DNA from: Terriglobia bacterium
GTDB lineage: Bacteria; Acidobacteriota; Terriglobia; 20CM-2-55-15
Length of the DNA stretch: 64,000 nucleotides
Assembly: GCA_963664115.2 (NCBI GenBank)
Contig: CAXWPJ010000009.1
Coordinates: forward strand, 800,001 to 864,000
Direction: 5' to 3'
Numbering within the stretch: the stretch's first letter is position 1; each line of letters starts with the position of its first letter. The notes under the pieces are model-generated. The model did not search any database. It was not told where the DNA came from and saw only the letters and a program-made list of their open reading frames with translations. Positions 10,347 to 19,533 of this stretch are shown here, one piece after another. A program made the position numbers and the translations under genes.

Positions 10347-11774
10347 TTATAACGCGGATACCGCCCTGCGCAGCCGATCGACTGTCTTGTCACGGCCCAG
10401 AACGACCATGACATCGAAGATTCCAGGCGCGACGGCTTTGCCCGTCAGCGAAACACGTGCCGCGTTAATGAGCAAACCAGCCTTGACCTCCAGTTCCGCC
10501 GCCAGAGCCCTCAGGGTCTCTTCCACGCCGTGGAGATCGAAGGGGTCTACTGTCTCTAAACGCAGGGCTAGTTCAGGCAGGTATTCCTCAAGCCTGGAAT
10601 CTGACATGAAGCGCCGAAGCGCGGCCGGCTCGTACTCCACTGAAACGCCCGAATAAGTGCGCACCTCCCGGGCCAGCGCCTGCAGGGATCGAAACCGCGG
10701 TCGAATTAACTCGATCAGGGAGAGGAACCAGGCCCGATCTGTCGTGTCAAACCGCTCCTCCCATATACCGGTATCTTCCAGGACCGGGACCAGACAGCGC
10801 GACAGGGCTTCTGGAGAAAGCGCGTTGATGTATTGACCATTGAACCACGCCAGTTTGTCGGGATCGAAGACCGCATCGGCTTTCGATATACCTTCGAGCG
10901 AAAATGCTTCGATCAAACGACGCGTGTCAAAGATTTCCTGGTCCGTACCATCGGACCAACCCATCAGTGCCAGTAAATTATCGAAAGCTTCCGGGAGGAT
11001 GCCCTGGTCGCGATAGGCAAGCACAGACGTGGCACCGTGACGCTTGCTGAGGCGGGATCTGTCGGGACCCAGGATCAGCGGCACATGAACGAACTGGGGC
11101 CTTGGGGCTTCGAGCGCATCAAAGAGAAGAATCTGTTTCGGCGTATTGGAAATGTGGTCCGCACCCCTCAGGACGTGGGTTATTTCCATGTCCAGATCGT
11201 CGGCAACTACGCTCAGATGGTAGGTCGGGTGGCCATCCGATCTCAGGAGAACGAAATCCTCGACCTCATCGAGTCCCTTCGTGATCTCACCGAAAACAAG
11301 GTCATCGAAGCGAACCCTACCATCGGGCACACGAAAGCGAAGGGCCGCGGTCTCACCACTATCCAAACGCTCACGCACCTGCTTTTTATCCAGTGACAGG
11401 CACGTCCTCGGATACTTCCAACCCACTCCCGACGCAGAAGCCTCCGCCCTCAGAGACGCGAGTTGTTCGGGCGAGCAGAAACAACGGTAGGCATGCCCGC
11501 CTTCCTCCAGGGTCTGGGCCAGATCCCTGTATCGGTCCAATCGCTCCGACTGGTAATACGGGCCTTCATCCCAGTCCAATCCCATCCATGACATCGCTTC
11601 GAGAATCCCCTTGGTCATTGCAGGATCGGAGCGCTCCCTATCGGTATCTTCGATCCGAAGAATGAAGGTGCCGCCCATTTTCCGGGCAAACAACCAATTG
11701 AACAGCGCCGTGCGTGCACCGCCCACATGAAGGTGGCCGGTCGGGGACGGAGCAAAGCGGACCCTTACAGTCAT
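10347..11774 (-). CDS. gltX: Glutamate--tRNA ligase
   Basis: RFAPSPTGHLHVGG (HIGH-like), RIEDTD, RLSKRHG (KMSKS-like). Confidence 0.96.
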   Translation of the reverse strand: MTVRVRFAPSPTGHLHVGGARTALFNWLFARKMGGTFILRIEDTDRERSDPAMTKGILEAMSWMGLDWDEGPYYQSERLDRYRDLAQTLEEGGHAYRCFCSPEQLASLRAEASASGVGWKYPRTCLSLDKKQVRERLDSGETAALRFRVPDGRVRFDDLVFGEITKGLDEVEDFVLLRSDGHPTYHLSVVADDLDMEITHVLRGADHISNTPKQILLFDALEAPRPQFVHVPLILGPDRSRLSKRHGATSVLAYRDQGILPEAFDNLLALMGWSDGTDQEIFDTRRLIEAFSLEGISKADAVFDPDKLAWFNGQYINALSPEALSRCLVPVLEDTGIWEERFDTTDRAWFLSLIELIRPRFRSLQALAREVRTYSGVSVEYEPAALRRFMSDSRLEEYLPELALRLETVDPFDLHGVEETLRALAAELEVKAGLLINAARVSLTGKAVAPGIFDVMVVLGRDKTVDRLRRAVSAL

Positions 11775-11894
11775 ATGGATGATATTCCCCGGCAAAGGGG
11801 TTCGAAATCAAGAGGGAACGCGAATCGAAGGCCCACTGTCGCACTCAATACGGTCCAGATTCAGTCCGGTGTCACGGTTCGCAGTCCCGGGCGT

Positions 11895-11975
11895 GGCAAG
11901 GCGCATGGTGGGAATGTCGGAGTTCGGGTGTTATGTATACCCGCGCTCAGCCGCAGGCCACCGAGCGGCGGCCGA
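11895..11975. repeat. Nested-stem intergenic palindromic element (diverged relative of 61521-61642)
   Basis: CAAGGCGCA followed by nested arms ggtgg/ccacc, gag/ctc, gggtgt/ataccc. Confidence 0.3.
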
Positions 11976-12113
11976 GGAGGAAGGCGGAGGCCAACTGTCT
12001 AAAACGGCGTGGGGCCTATCACCCATGGTCGCGGGATGGCCTCGAACCCTTCTGTCTTGAACCGATCCAAGGCTGATCCCGATGTTCGTCGAGCCGGACA
12101 AACCGCTTAATCT

Positions 12114-12521
12114 TCACTGATTGTCCGGGTTGGAGCCTCCAAGGAATATCGTGAACCCATCGGAGGCTGTGATGTTGCCGCCGTTGGCCCTCATTTCGCC
12201 GGACTTTGCCCGGTACCCTCGAACGGTGACCTTCGTGCCGACCGGCAGAGAATCCCTCGTGAAGCCGCGCCGAAACAGGGAATTCGGAGCACCGGCTTCG
12301 ATTTCCCAGATTTCGGTCGTGCCGTCGTCGGCTTCCACTTCTATGGTGAACCAACTGTGTGGGTTGATGAGTTCCACCTTGGTAATCGTTCCCTCCAACT
12401 GGACCGGCTTGGTGAAATCAAATTCCGCTGAAAACGCATGATGTGCCCAGGTAGGCAAAACCGTCAGGAGCAATAAACTGCCCACACCGGCAACCAGGAC
12501 AAGCAGTCGTTTGGTTCGCAT
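12114..12521 (-). CDS. DUF6152-family secreted protein
   Basis: Signal peptide ending TWA then HHAFSAEFD; G.I..V...NPHS; W.IE; OB-fold-like beta pattern. Confidence 0.8.
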   Translation of the reverse strand: MRTKRLLVLVAGVGSLLLLTVLPTWAHHAFSAEFDFTKPVQLEGTITKVELINPHSWFTIEVEADDGTTEIWEIEAGAPNSLFRRGFTRDSLPVGTKVTVRGYRAKSGEMRANGGNITASDGFTIFLGGSNPDNQ

Positions 12522-12566
12522 CCGATAACCCTCCTCCTTCGTCGCACCAAATTCTAGGGACCTTTT

Positions 12567-13604
12567 TCAGTCTAGCTCAAGCATTCTGCGGGACCCTTTG
12601 AGCGTGTTCTCCATAAATCTATAGTTTCCCTCGTGACAGGCGTACTCGAATAGATCTTCCGGCCCCTTGTACTCGTCACCGCTCTCGTCACCGCCCCGCC
12701 AGGGCATGACGTACGTCCAGGGTGCAGTCCATGTCGTAGGGTCGTTGACCGTGACCTGATATTCGATGGCGTTCTCGTCGATCCGCGTCAAGCGTTCCAC
12801 AAATTCCATATTGCCCACGGGTAGCAGCGTGTTCCCCTCTATAGCGTTGGCCGTACCCCAGGAATGCCACGTCTGCTTGTCCGTCTTATTGGTCATGTGG
12901 ACCACCAGCGTAGTGCCCTCCCAGTGCCCCCGTGAACTGCCGTTCCATTGCCGGATGCTCGCGTCCAGCGCCGGACGTCCGTCCAAGGGAATGATGCGAG
13001 CGTCGTGCATGCTCTCATAGTGAATCACGACGTATCCGGGAGTCTGTAGAATCTGAATCCCGTGGTTGTACAAGGCCCAGTGTCGCGGGATGACACGTGC
13101 TATGCAACGGCGGTAATCGGAAAGGTCCAACCAGGAGTTATAAACAAGGTCATCAGTAACCGTACCACCATCCCCGACTCGCGATATGTTCCTCGAGGCT
13201 CTTTCCGCTTTTCGCTCGTCCTGCAGCTGCTGAGCTTCGGGGGTGAGCGGAGGCAAGCGACCGTTGGGTGGGTCTATGATCAACGACGTGCGGTTGGTCA
13301 CCCCTGTCTTCGGAACCCGGGGATCGAGGATGCGCGATATCGTTGCGCGGGCAGCGCGACGAGCCGCATTCTGTTCGTCAAGTTCCGCCTTCATTTCAGC
13401 TATTTCGGCCTCGGTGTAAAACTCCTTGTCGCCAAGTTGTTCAGGCCGTTCCATCGGTGTGGCCGTCTCGTACGTGTACACGCCCTGAAGGTCCGGGTCC
13501 CCCCACGGGGTGCGCTGCGTCTGGCCGGTCGCAGGTGCCTGTACGATCAAGACAAGGACAGCCACCATTGCCAGTCCGCCCAGGTTTAGAAATCGATCGC
13601 TCAT
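12567..13604 (-). CDS. Secreted hypothetical protein (DUF6152-associated family)
   Basis: RTPWGDPDLQGVY, TSLIIDPPNGRLP, RC, GSSRGHWEGTTLVV, DPTTWTAPW, EYACHEGN. Confidence 0.75.
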   Translation of the reverse strand: MSDRFLNLGGLAMVAVLVLIVQAPATGQTQRTPWGDPDLQGVYTYETATPMERPEQLGDKEFYTEAEIAEMKAELDEQNAARRAARATISRILDPRVPKTGVTNRTSLIIDPPNGRLPPLTPEAQQLQDERKAERASRNISRVGDGGTVTDDLVYNSWLDLSDYRRCIARVIPRHWALYNHGIQILQTPGYVVIHYESMHDARIIPLDGRPALDASIRQWNGSSRGHWEGTTLVVHMTNKTDKQTWHSWGTANAIEGNTLLPVGNMEFVERLTRIDENAIEYQVTVNDPTTWTAPWTYVMPWRGGDESGDEYKGPEDLFEYACHEGNYRFMENTLKGSRRMLELD

Positions 13605-13631
13605 CTGAAACCTCCTTCCCCGGATCCTAGT

Positions 13632-14480
13632 TCAGTCGTTTGAGTCCTCGATGAAGTGTCCCCACATGAAATCTTCAACGAATTCGATGCACTTGAATTC
13701 CATAAGTTCCGCGTTCGCTTCGATCCGCCGATAGAGCGGCATGCGGATCGTCCAGGGTCGTGTAAACACGTTCGGGTCCTCGATGGTCGCTTCATACATC
13801 AGGTGGTCTGGGCTGATGGGCGTGTAGCGTTCCACCACATGCACGGCCTCACTATAGAAATTTCCCGCCCGATCGAGCCAGGACTGGCCCATCTGATCGG
13901 TGACGTCGACCACCAAAGTATCGCCCTCCCAGTGGCCGATCGACCAGCCCATCCACGATTTATTCGGACTCGGTGGCTCGCGACCTACATGGATCTGGCG
14001 AATCGCACTCGCGTACTCATAGGCGATCAAGATCTGTCCGGGAGTTTGAAAGACCTGGAACGGAAAGGGCAGGTACGTGGCGCGCGGTACTCCAGGCAGA
14101 TAGCATTTAGTCTCTGGATCTCCAGTGGTCTCGTTTGTGACCAGGTCAAGGGGGCGAGTGAAACGCCCCTCGAAGTTCTCTCTCTGTTTTTCTGCGGCCC
14201 ACGGTTGATACGGGATCTCATTGCCCTCGATGACGCTTTGACCTGGGGGCACCGCTCCGAACGCGCCGAGGAGTATCGGGAAGGCGGAAGGTGCCGCAGC
14301 ATGGGGCCGGAGGTCCCAATTCGCCGTGTTGAGAGCCTGCCAGATGCCGTTCAAATCAGGGTTTTCTGTTCCAACCAGACGGGGGGCGGTATAGGGCGCG
14401 TCCTGAGCGGCGGCCGGCGCGACCGCCACCAGGACGCTCGCAACAATCACGATGAGCAGGTTTCCAGGCGGATTTCGCAT
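13632..14480 (-). CDS. Secreted hypothetical protein (DUF6152-associated family, paralog of 12567-13604)
   Basis: PDLNGIW, DPETKCYLPGVPR, GWSIGHWEGDTLVVD, EDPNVFTRPW, EFKC. Confidence 0.75.
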   Translation of the reverse strand: MRNPPGNLLIVIVASVLVAVAPAAAQDAPYTAPRLVGTENPDLNGIWQALNTANWDLRPHAAAPSAFPILLGAFGAVPPGQSVIEGNEIPYQPWAAEKQRENFEGRFTRPLDLVTNETTGDPETKCYLPGVPRATYLPFPFQVFQTPGQILIAYEYASAIRQIHVGREPPSPNKSWMGWSIGHWEGDTLVVDVTDQMGQSWLDRAGNFYSEAVHVVERYTPISPDHLMYEATIEDPNVFTRPWTIRMPLYRRIEANAELMEFKCIEFVEDFMWGHFIEDSND

Positions 14481-14721
14481 GCAACTATCCCCTTTCCCTA
14501 ATGGTCGCCAGTCTACACCAAAACCTATAGTGAAGATGAGGAAGACGACCCGACCCCCCAGGTCACCAAATTTAGATAGGACCCTTCGAAAAGCGACGCC
14601 GGGTAGTGCCGCAGCGGCGGGTGGAGAGGCGATTGTCAGAGTCGAATCGAAGGGGGCTCCCGATGGGGCTTCAAACGACCACAGTGATGTGGCGAATTAC
14701 TAACGAGTAGTCGCCTTTTGT

Positions 14722-15648
14722 TTAGGAACGCGCTTTCTTAGAACTGTTCCGAAGCACTCGCTCGGTCCACGAATCCCGATCTGGGGTGAACTGAGCCGCA
14801 GCCGACCGTAAATACGGGCGAAATTGAGAGATCCAGTACCGGGCAAACCCGGCCTTGCGGATGCGTGTGAGGGTTTCCCGATAATGCGTCAGCAGGGGCC
14901 CCGCCAAAACGTAGCCCGTCCGTTGTCCGGCAACCTTGGCGGCCTGCGACAACCAGTACACCTTTTCCGGCAGGGTCCCTACTGTCGAAAGTGCCATCAC
15001 AGTAGACATCTCGAATACTGAACGGCCCTGACGTTGCGCCTCGCCGGTGATCTGGTCCCAGGTTCCCCTAACCAAAGCTAAAGCCGGAATTCTCTTCGGG
15101 GGTAGCTTGGCCAGCTCCTCCCTAAATGCGTCCCACTCATTTCGGAGATCCGCCACATCCAACGGTGGAGCATTGATCGTTTTTGCCGCCCGACCAGCGC
15201 TCTGCTCCAGAGCGTCAAGCATTTGATCGACCGTTCCAACTTCGGCATCATTCTCCATCAGTCCCTCTTCCTTCAAAGCGCCTGTGATGTCAGCCAGCAG
15301 GTGACGCCCGGCACCACTCACATCGGCCAGTGCCGCCAGCACCCAGACCGGTGAGGCACGAAAGACCAAAATGCCGATCATTTCCAGACCACCACCAGCG
15401 GTTCTTCGCAGCAGCAAGTCGTTATTCAACTCTTCCTCAGATGGGAATACCCCTTCCACTTGTCCGACCTGTTCGATCAGAAACCGGAGAGTCAACTCCA
15501 CCACGTTGACGTAAAGGCGGCTCTTGCGAACTCCGTCCGGTAAGGCTGAACGTCCGATCTCGTGTAACAGTCCACCCGCAAGCGCCGACGCAGAACACAG
15601 CACCCGCTCCGGAAGGGACAACAGATAGCGGGTAAGTCGCGACTTCAT
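14722..15648 (-). CDS. Conserved hypothetical protein (helical)
   Basis: 308-aa ORF with normal composition; no recognisable motif. Confidence 0.65.
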   Translation of the reverse strand: MKSRLTRYLLSLPERVLCSASALAGGLLHEIGRSALPDGVRKSRLYVNVVELTLRFLIEQVGQVEGVFPSEEELNNDLLLRRTAGGGLEMIGILVFRASPVWVLAALADVSGAGRHLLADITGALKEEGLMENDAEVGTVDQMLDALEQSAGRAAKTINAPPLDVADLRNEWDAFREELAKLPPKRIPALALVRGTWDQITGEAQRQGRSVFEMSTVMALSTVGTLPEKVYWLSQAAKVAGQRTGYVLAGPLLTHYRETLTRIRKAGFARYWISQFRPYLRSAAAQFTPDRDSWTERVLRNSSKKARS

Positions 15649-15748
15649 ATTCAGAGAATCTTAGTCGAATAGAACCTGGAACCGTCAGGAAAAGATCCTT
15701 CATCGGGAAGCTCAAAATTCTGCACGCCCCGAGCTATAATGATCCACT

Positions 15749-16909
15749 GTGAATGTACTTGCGCTGACCCTCGTGCTCCTCGCGCCGATCCTCCAGAACT
15801 CTTCCGAGGAAGCAACACTGGCCGGGGTTCGTCCCATCCTCCAAAGCTTGCGTGATCAGGCCACCGACTACTCGCCCACACGCGGCGCGACGAGTGGCTT
15901 GACTGAGGTAAAACATCAACTTCGGGACTGGATTGAGTCGAGGCTGGCTTTGCTGCCCGAAGACGGCGACGTCCGCGCCTTCGAGCGAGCGGTCAACGAC
16001 GCGCTCGATGACGCCGAACTTTTCTGCGTCGACGTCGCTGTCGAGTGCACGGACAACATCCTGGGCTATGTGGACATCGTTCGGGCGCACCGCGAACGCG
16101 ACTTCCTGGTCTTCGTGACGGCGATGGGCGTCTGGTGCGGCTACGACGAATCGGCCTACGTATACGCATGGGGAGGCCAGCGATGGGGGCGCATCTGGGA
16201 GAACGAGCAGAACACCTACACGGACGAAGGCTACCTGCCGCAAACGATACACGATGTGAAGATTTCGTCTCCCGATGCGAATGGAGACCGGCTGCTGATG
16301 ACTCTCGGTTCGCAGGCGGCCTGCGCCGGCTCGTTCAAAGACCTCTACGTTCGCGTCTGGGGGGTGGACGCCGATCACCAGACTGCCCCCGTCCTGGACT
16401 GGGCGGAATATGCCAGCGACGGGTATCCGCCGATACGAGGACAGGTCCGCCCCAACGATGTCCTCGTCCAATTCACCGTGGGCGGGATCGTTGCCGGCGA
16501 TAGCCACTCGGCCGTGCGCCACTTCGAAGTGCTTGATGGAACGGCCACACAGATCGATCCCATTGCCGTCAGGCCGCGGGATTTCGTGATCGAGTGGATC
16601 GCCGCCCCATGGCAGGAGAGCCAAACGCGCTCCGAATCGCCGTCTCTGGAAGAATGGCACACCCAACTGCACCGTGTGGATGGAGTCGGAGACTTCCCGG
16701 ATCCGACCCTGCGGTGCACGGCCGGCTCCGGTTTATGGCAGGTGGGGACAAACTTCTACGACGGACCGAAGAGATACTACCGCGTTCTCTGGCAGGGGCC
16801 TTACAGCTTCACCATGGTCGGCGTCAGCGAAACACCCTATCCGGACTGCACAATCGCAGATCCGCAGGGCGATGCCTATCCACAACTGTTCCCACCCGAT
16901 CCGGACTGA
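15749..16909 (+). CDS. Secreted hypothetical protein with several cysteines
   Basis: GTG start 8 nt after TATAAT (15735-15740); hydrophobic N-terminal signal; GC3-rich codons. Confidence 0.7.
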   Translation: MNVLALTLVLLAPILQNSSEEATLAGVRPILQSLRDQATDYSPTRGATSGLTEVKHQLRDWIESRLALLPEDGDVRAFERAVNDALDDAELFCVDVAVECTDNILGYVDIVRAHRERDFLVFVTAMGVWCGYDESAYVYAWGGQRWGRIWENEQNTYTDEGYLPQTIHDVKISSPDANGDRLLMTLGSQAACAGSFKDLYVRVWGVDADHQTAPVLDWAEYASDGYPPIRGQVRPNDVLVQFTVGGIVAGDSHSAVRHFEVLDGTATQIDPIAVRPRDFVIEWIAAPWQESQTRSESPSLEEWHTQLHRVDGVGDFPDPTLRCTAGSGLWQVGTNFYDGPKRYYRVLWQGPYSFTMVGVSETPYPDCTIADPQGDAYPQLFPPDPD

Positions 16910-16969
16910 GTCAGGCGAGGCCTCCCAGACCATCATGGTATGGGCGATGCAATACCACCGATAGGCGTT

Positions 16970-18267
16970 CTAGGGCGCCAGGCTGCGGAGAGCTTCGACC
17001 GCCGCCTCGGCGACATCGGTGTTCGGATCCTGGGTCAGAGGCTGGATGTAAGGACGGGATTCGGGCGATCCAATTCGTCCGACAACGCCCAGGAGTTTGG
17101 CGCGAATATCAGCGATTCGGGATGAGCCCACCGGAAAACGCCATTGTCTTGTCCTGCGATTCGGAGGTGGGGATAGAGTTCCTCGAGTCTGCCTTCGTAT
17201 CGACCCAGTTCGAACAGATAGACTTCCGCAATTTGATCCCTGCGGCTATCGAGCGCATCCACGAGTTCCTGAAGATACATTGAGTTCCCGAATGCCACCA
17301 ACGCGAAAGCCTGGGCCAAACGAACCTCGGCATCACCCTCTTCAGCGAAACGCTCGACGAACGAAGATGCGTCGTAATCCAGACGGGCCAATCCCCGGGC
17401 TGAGAGTTCGCGATAGGAGTCTTCGTCACTGTCGAGCAGGGATTCGAACAGTTCGACGGCCGACGGTTCCCGCAACAAACCGATCGACTCGAGTGCCAGA
17501 TTACGCGTGTCACCGTCGTCACCAGTCCGAAACAGGTTTGATAGTGCAGGATACGCGGCCCGGTACCCCGTGCGACCCACCGATAAGATGGCCTCGCGAG
17601 CAACGCGTTCATCCTCATCACGGATAAATCGTGTCAGTGCCGGACCCGAATCCTGACTTCCAATGTCACCCATGGTCCGTATCATTGCGATCTGGACTTC
17701 CCAGTCTTCCCGATGCCGCGGTCCATCCAGCTCTTCGATCAACGCAGGCAGTTGATCTGCGGCGTTGAGGGAGCCGAGAGCATTCGCTGCAGCGACCCGC
17801 ACTTCCCAATCGAAGTCATTCTGGAGAGCCTCTACCAATACCTCTTTTGCGCTTTCGTCTACGAATACGTTCGGGCCCACGTTCAGTTGCTCGTCTTCAC
17901 TGAAGACGCGCGTCACATCGGTTATGAAGTTCCAGAACCCTTGCTCATCAGCCACAGGAATGTAGAGTCGGAGCAGAGAATCGATGGCCTGTAGTCGGAC
18001 GTCTAACTGAAAATCTGCGAGTAGCGCCTCACTGAGGGTTGGAATTGCAGATTGGTCTCGAATTCTTCCGAGTGCTCGAACAATGGATGTCCGAATCTCA
18101 CTACTCTGTTCGTTCTTGAAAGCGTCGCCCAAGAGAGGCACGGCATCCCGGTTTCCAAGCACAGCCATCGATTCGACGGCATCGCTCCTTTCTCTTGGGC
18201 TGGCACTGTCCAGGGCCGGCGTCTGCGCCAGCGCCAGGACCAGAATGAGTTGCAAGAACTGTGACAT
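16970..18267 (-). pseudogene. Secreted HEAT/PBS-lyase repeat protein, frameshifted near its 3' end by a 38-nt IS630-derived insert
   Basis: HEAT repeats (VRVAAANALG, IRTSIVRALGRI). The predicted ORF ends in non-HEAT sequence. Removing 17123-17160 restores ...LYPHLRSRIADIRAKLLGVVGRIGSPESRPYIQPLTQDPNTDVAEAAVEALRSLAP* with TAG at 16970-16972. Confidence 0.8.
17123..17160 (+). mobile_element. 38-nt internal fragment of the IS630 transposase gene
   Basis: Exact reverse complement of 31542-31579; GCGATTCGG direct repeats at 17112-17120 and 17156-17164. Confidence 0.9.
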
Positions 18268-18446
18268 TTTGGATTTCCCTCTGGGTTAGCCCCTTACAAT
18301 CAATGCGCTACTTAGGAAATGCCGGGCATGTGCTTCCGACAGATTCTTCCAAACAAATACTTCGACTGTAGGGGCGTCGAAAGGTCGCGACTGCCCCGTT
18401 CATTTCCCCAAAAGTCTAGGCACAGGGTGACCCCATTCAGGTCCAT

Positions 18447-19394
18447 TCAGCGGGCGCCAAAGTGGCAATCACAGGATTCGAATTCGTCTCCATCTGGACC
18501 GCACTTCTCAATCTGAATGGTTGTGTGATCGATCTGATACCGCTTGTGCACAATCTCTCTCACACGGCTGAGAACGTCGGATCGGGCATGACTGTTCTCG
18601 CCCACCACAACATGACAGCTCATGGCCACCACTCCCGACGTCAGCGTCCACACGTGCAGATCGTGGACAGACAGAACTTCTTGCGCGCCAAGGAGATTGT
18701 CTTTCAATGACGTTAGGTTGATATGGGCGGGCGCTCCTTCGAGAAGGATGTCGACGGCGTCACAAATGAGCAGCCAAGAACTGGACAGAATTAGAACCGC
18801 AACAATCGCACTGATGATGGCGTCGGCCGAGTTCCAGTCAAAAAAGATGATAGCCAGACTCGCGAGGATTGCCCCGATCGAGCCCAGGGCATCACTCAAC
18901 ACATGAATAAAGGCGCCGCGGACATTAAGGCTTTGGGACTGACTTCCGAACAGAACGTAAGCGCTGACAAGGTTCGCCAACAGGCCTCCCGACGCGACCA
19001 ACAGCATGAGGTTGCCACGGACCGGTTGAGGCTCCATCAGCCTCTGGTAGGCCTCGTAGAAAATGAACATGGAAATCAGGACAAGAAAAACGCCGTTCAG
19101 GAGCGCGGCAAGGATTTCGACTCGGTAAAACCCGTAAGTCTTCCCCTCGGGCGCGGGTCGGCTTGCAAACCAGAACGCGAACAAACTCAGGCCCAGCGCC
19201 CCGACATCGGTGAACATGTGGCCGGCGTCGGCCAACAACGCAAGGGAATTGCTATAGATACCGCCGATTAGCTCGATCACCAGGACGGTCGCAGTGATGA
19301 CCAGGGCAATCCGCAAACTTCCGCCAGCGTCAGAGACACGCCCTTCGGGGGATTCTTGGTGGTCGTGGGTGTGGGGTCCCGCGTGGGAAGACAT
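18447..19394 (-). CDS. czcD: Cation diffusion facilitator (CzcD/ZitB-type Zn/Co/Cd efflux)
   Basis: Start MSSHAGPHTHDH; SLALLADAGHMFTD, HVLSD, VHDLHVW, HTTIQIE. Confidence 0.9.
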   Translation of the reverse strand: MSSHAGPHTHDHQESPEGRVSDAGGSLRIALVITATVLVIELIGGIYSNSLALLADAGHMFTDVGALGLSLFAFWFASRPAPEGKTYGFYRVEILAALLNGVFLVLISMFIFYEAYQRLMEPQPVRGNLMLLVASGGLLANLVSAYVLFGSQSQSLNVRGAFIHVLSDALGSIGAILASLAIIFFDWNSADAIISAIVAVLILSSSWLLICDAVDILLEGAPAHINLTSLKDNLLGAQEVLSVHDLHVWTLTSGVVAMSCHVVVGENSHARSDVLSRVREIVHKRYQIDHTTIQIEKCGPDGDEFESCDCHFGAR

Positions 19395-19404
19395 CGCAGA
19401 CACA

Positions 19405-19469
19405 ATTATACTACGCGGACCCCGGCAGGGGTCAGTGCGATAACAGTTGTTTAAACAGACTGTTATAAT
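19405..19469. promoter_or_regulatory. Divergent -10 boxes with an operator-like palindrome
   Basis: TATAAT on the minus strand at 19405-19410; extended -10 TGTTATAAT on the plus strand at 19461-19469; palindrome ATAACAGTTGTTTAAACAGACTGTTAT at 19440-19466. Confidence 0.55.
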
Positions 19470-19533
19470 GACCCGTTTTTTCGACACAGCCTACATCCGC
19501 GCTTCATTAGAGACGCGACATCAAGGGGAATTT

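Noticed and set aside
17035-17122. Predicted C-terminus PESLIFAPNSWALSDELDRPNPVLTSSL of the HEAT ORF as genuine sequence
   Set aside because: It is out-of-frame read-through caused by the 38-nt insert; the real HEAT tail is in another frame ending at 16970
19451-19463. 13-bp match TTAAACAGACTGT to the IS630 end (30984-30996)
   Set aside because: A 13-mer match between a 1.1-kb element and a 64-kb window is roughly expected by chance, and the site is better explained as part of the operator palindrome
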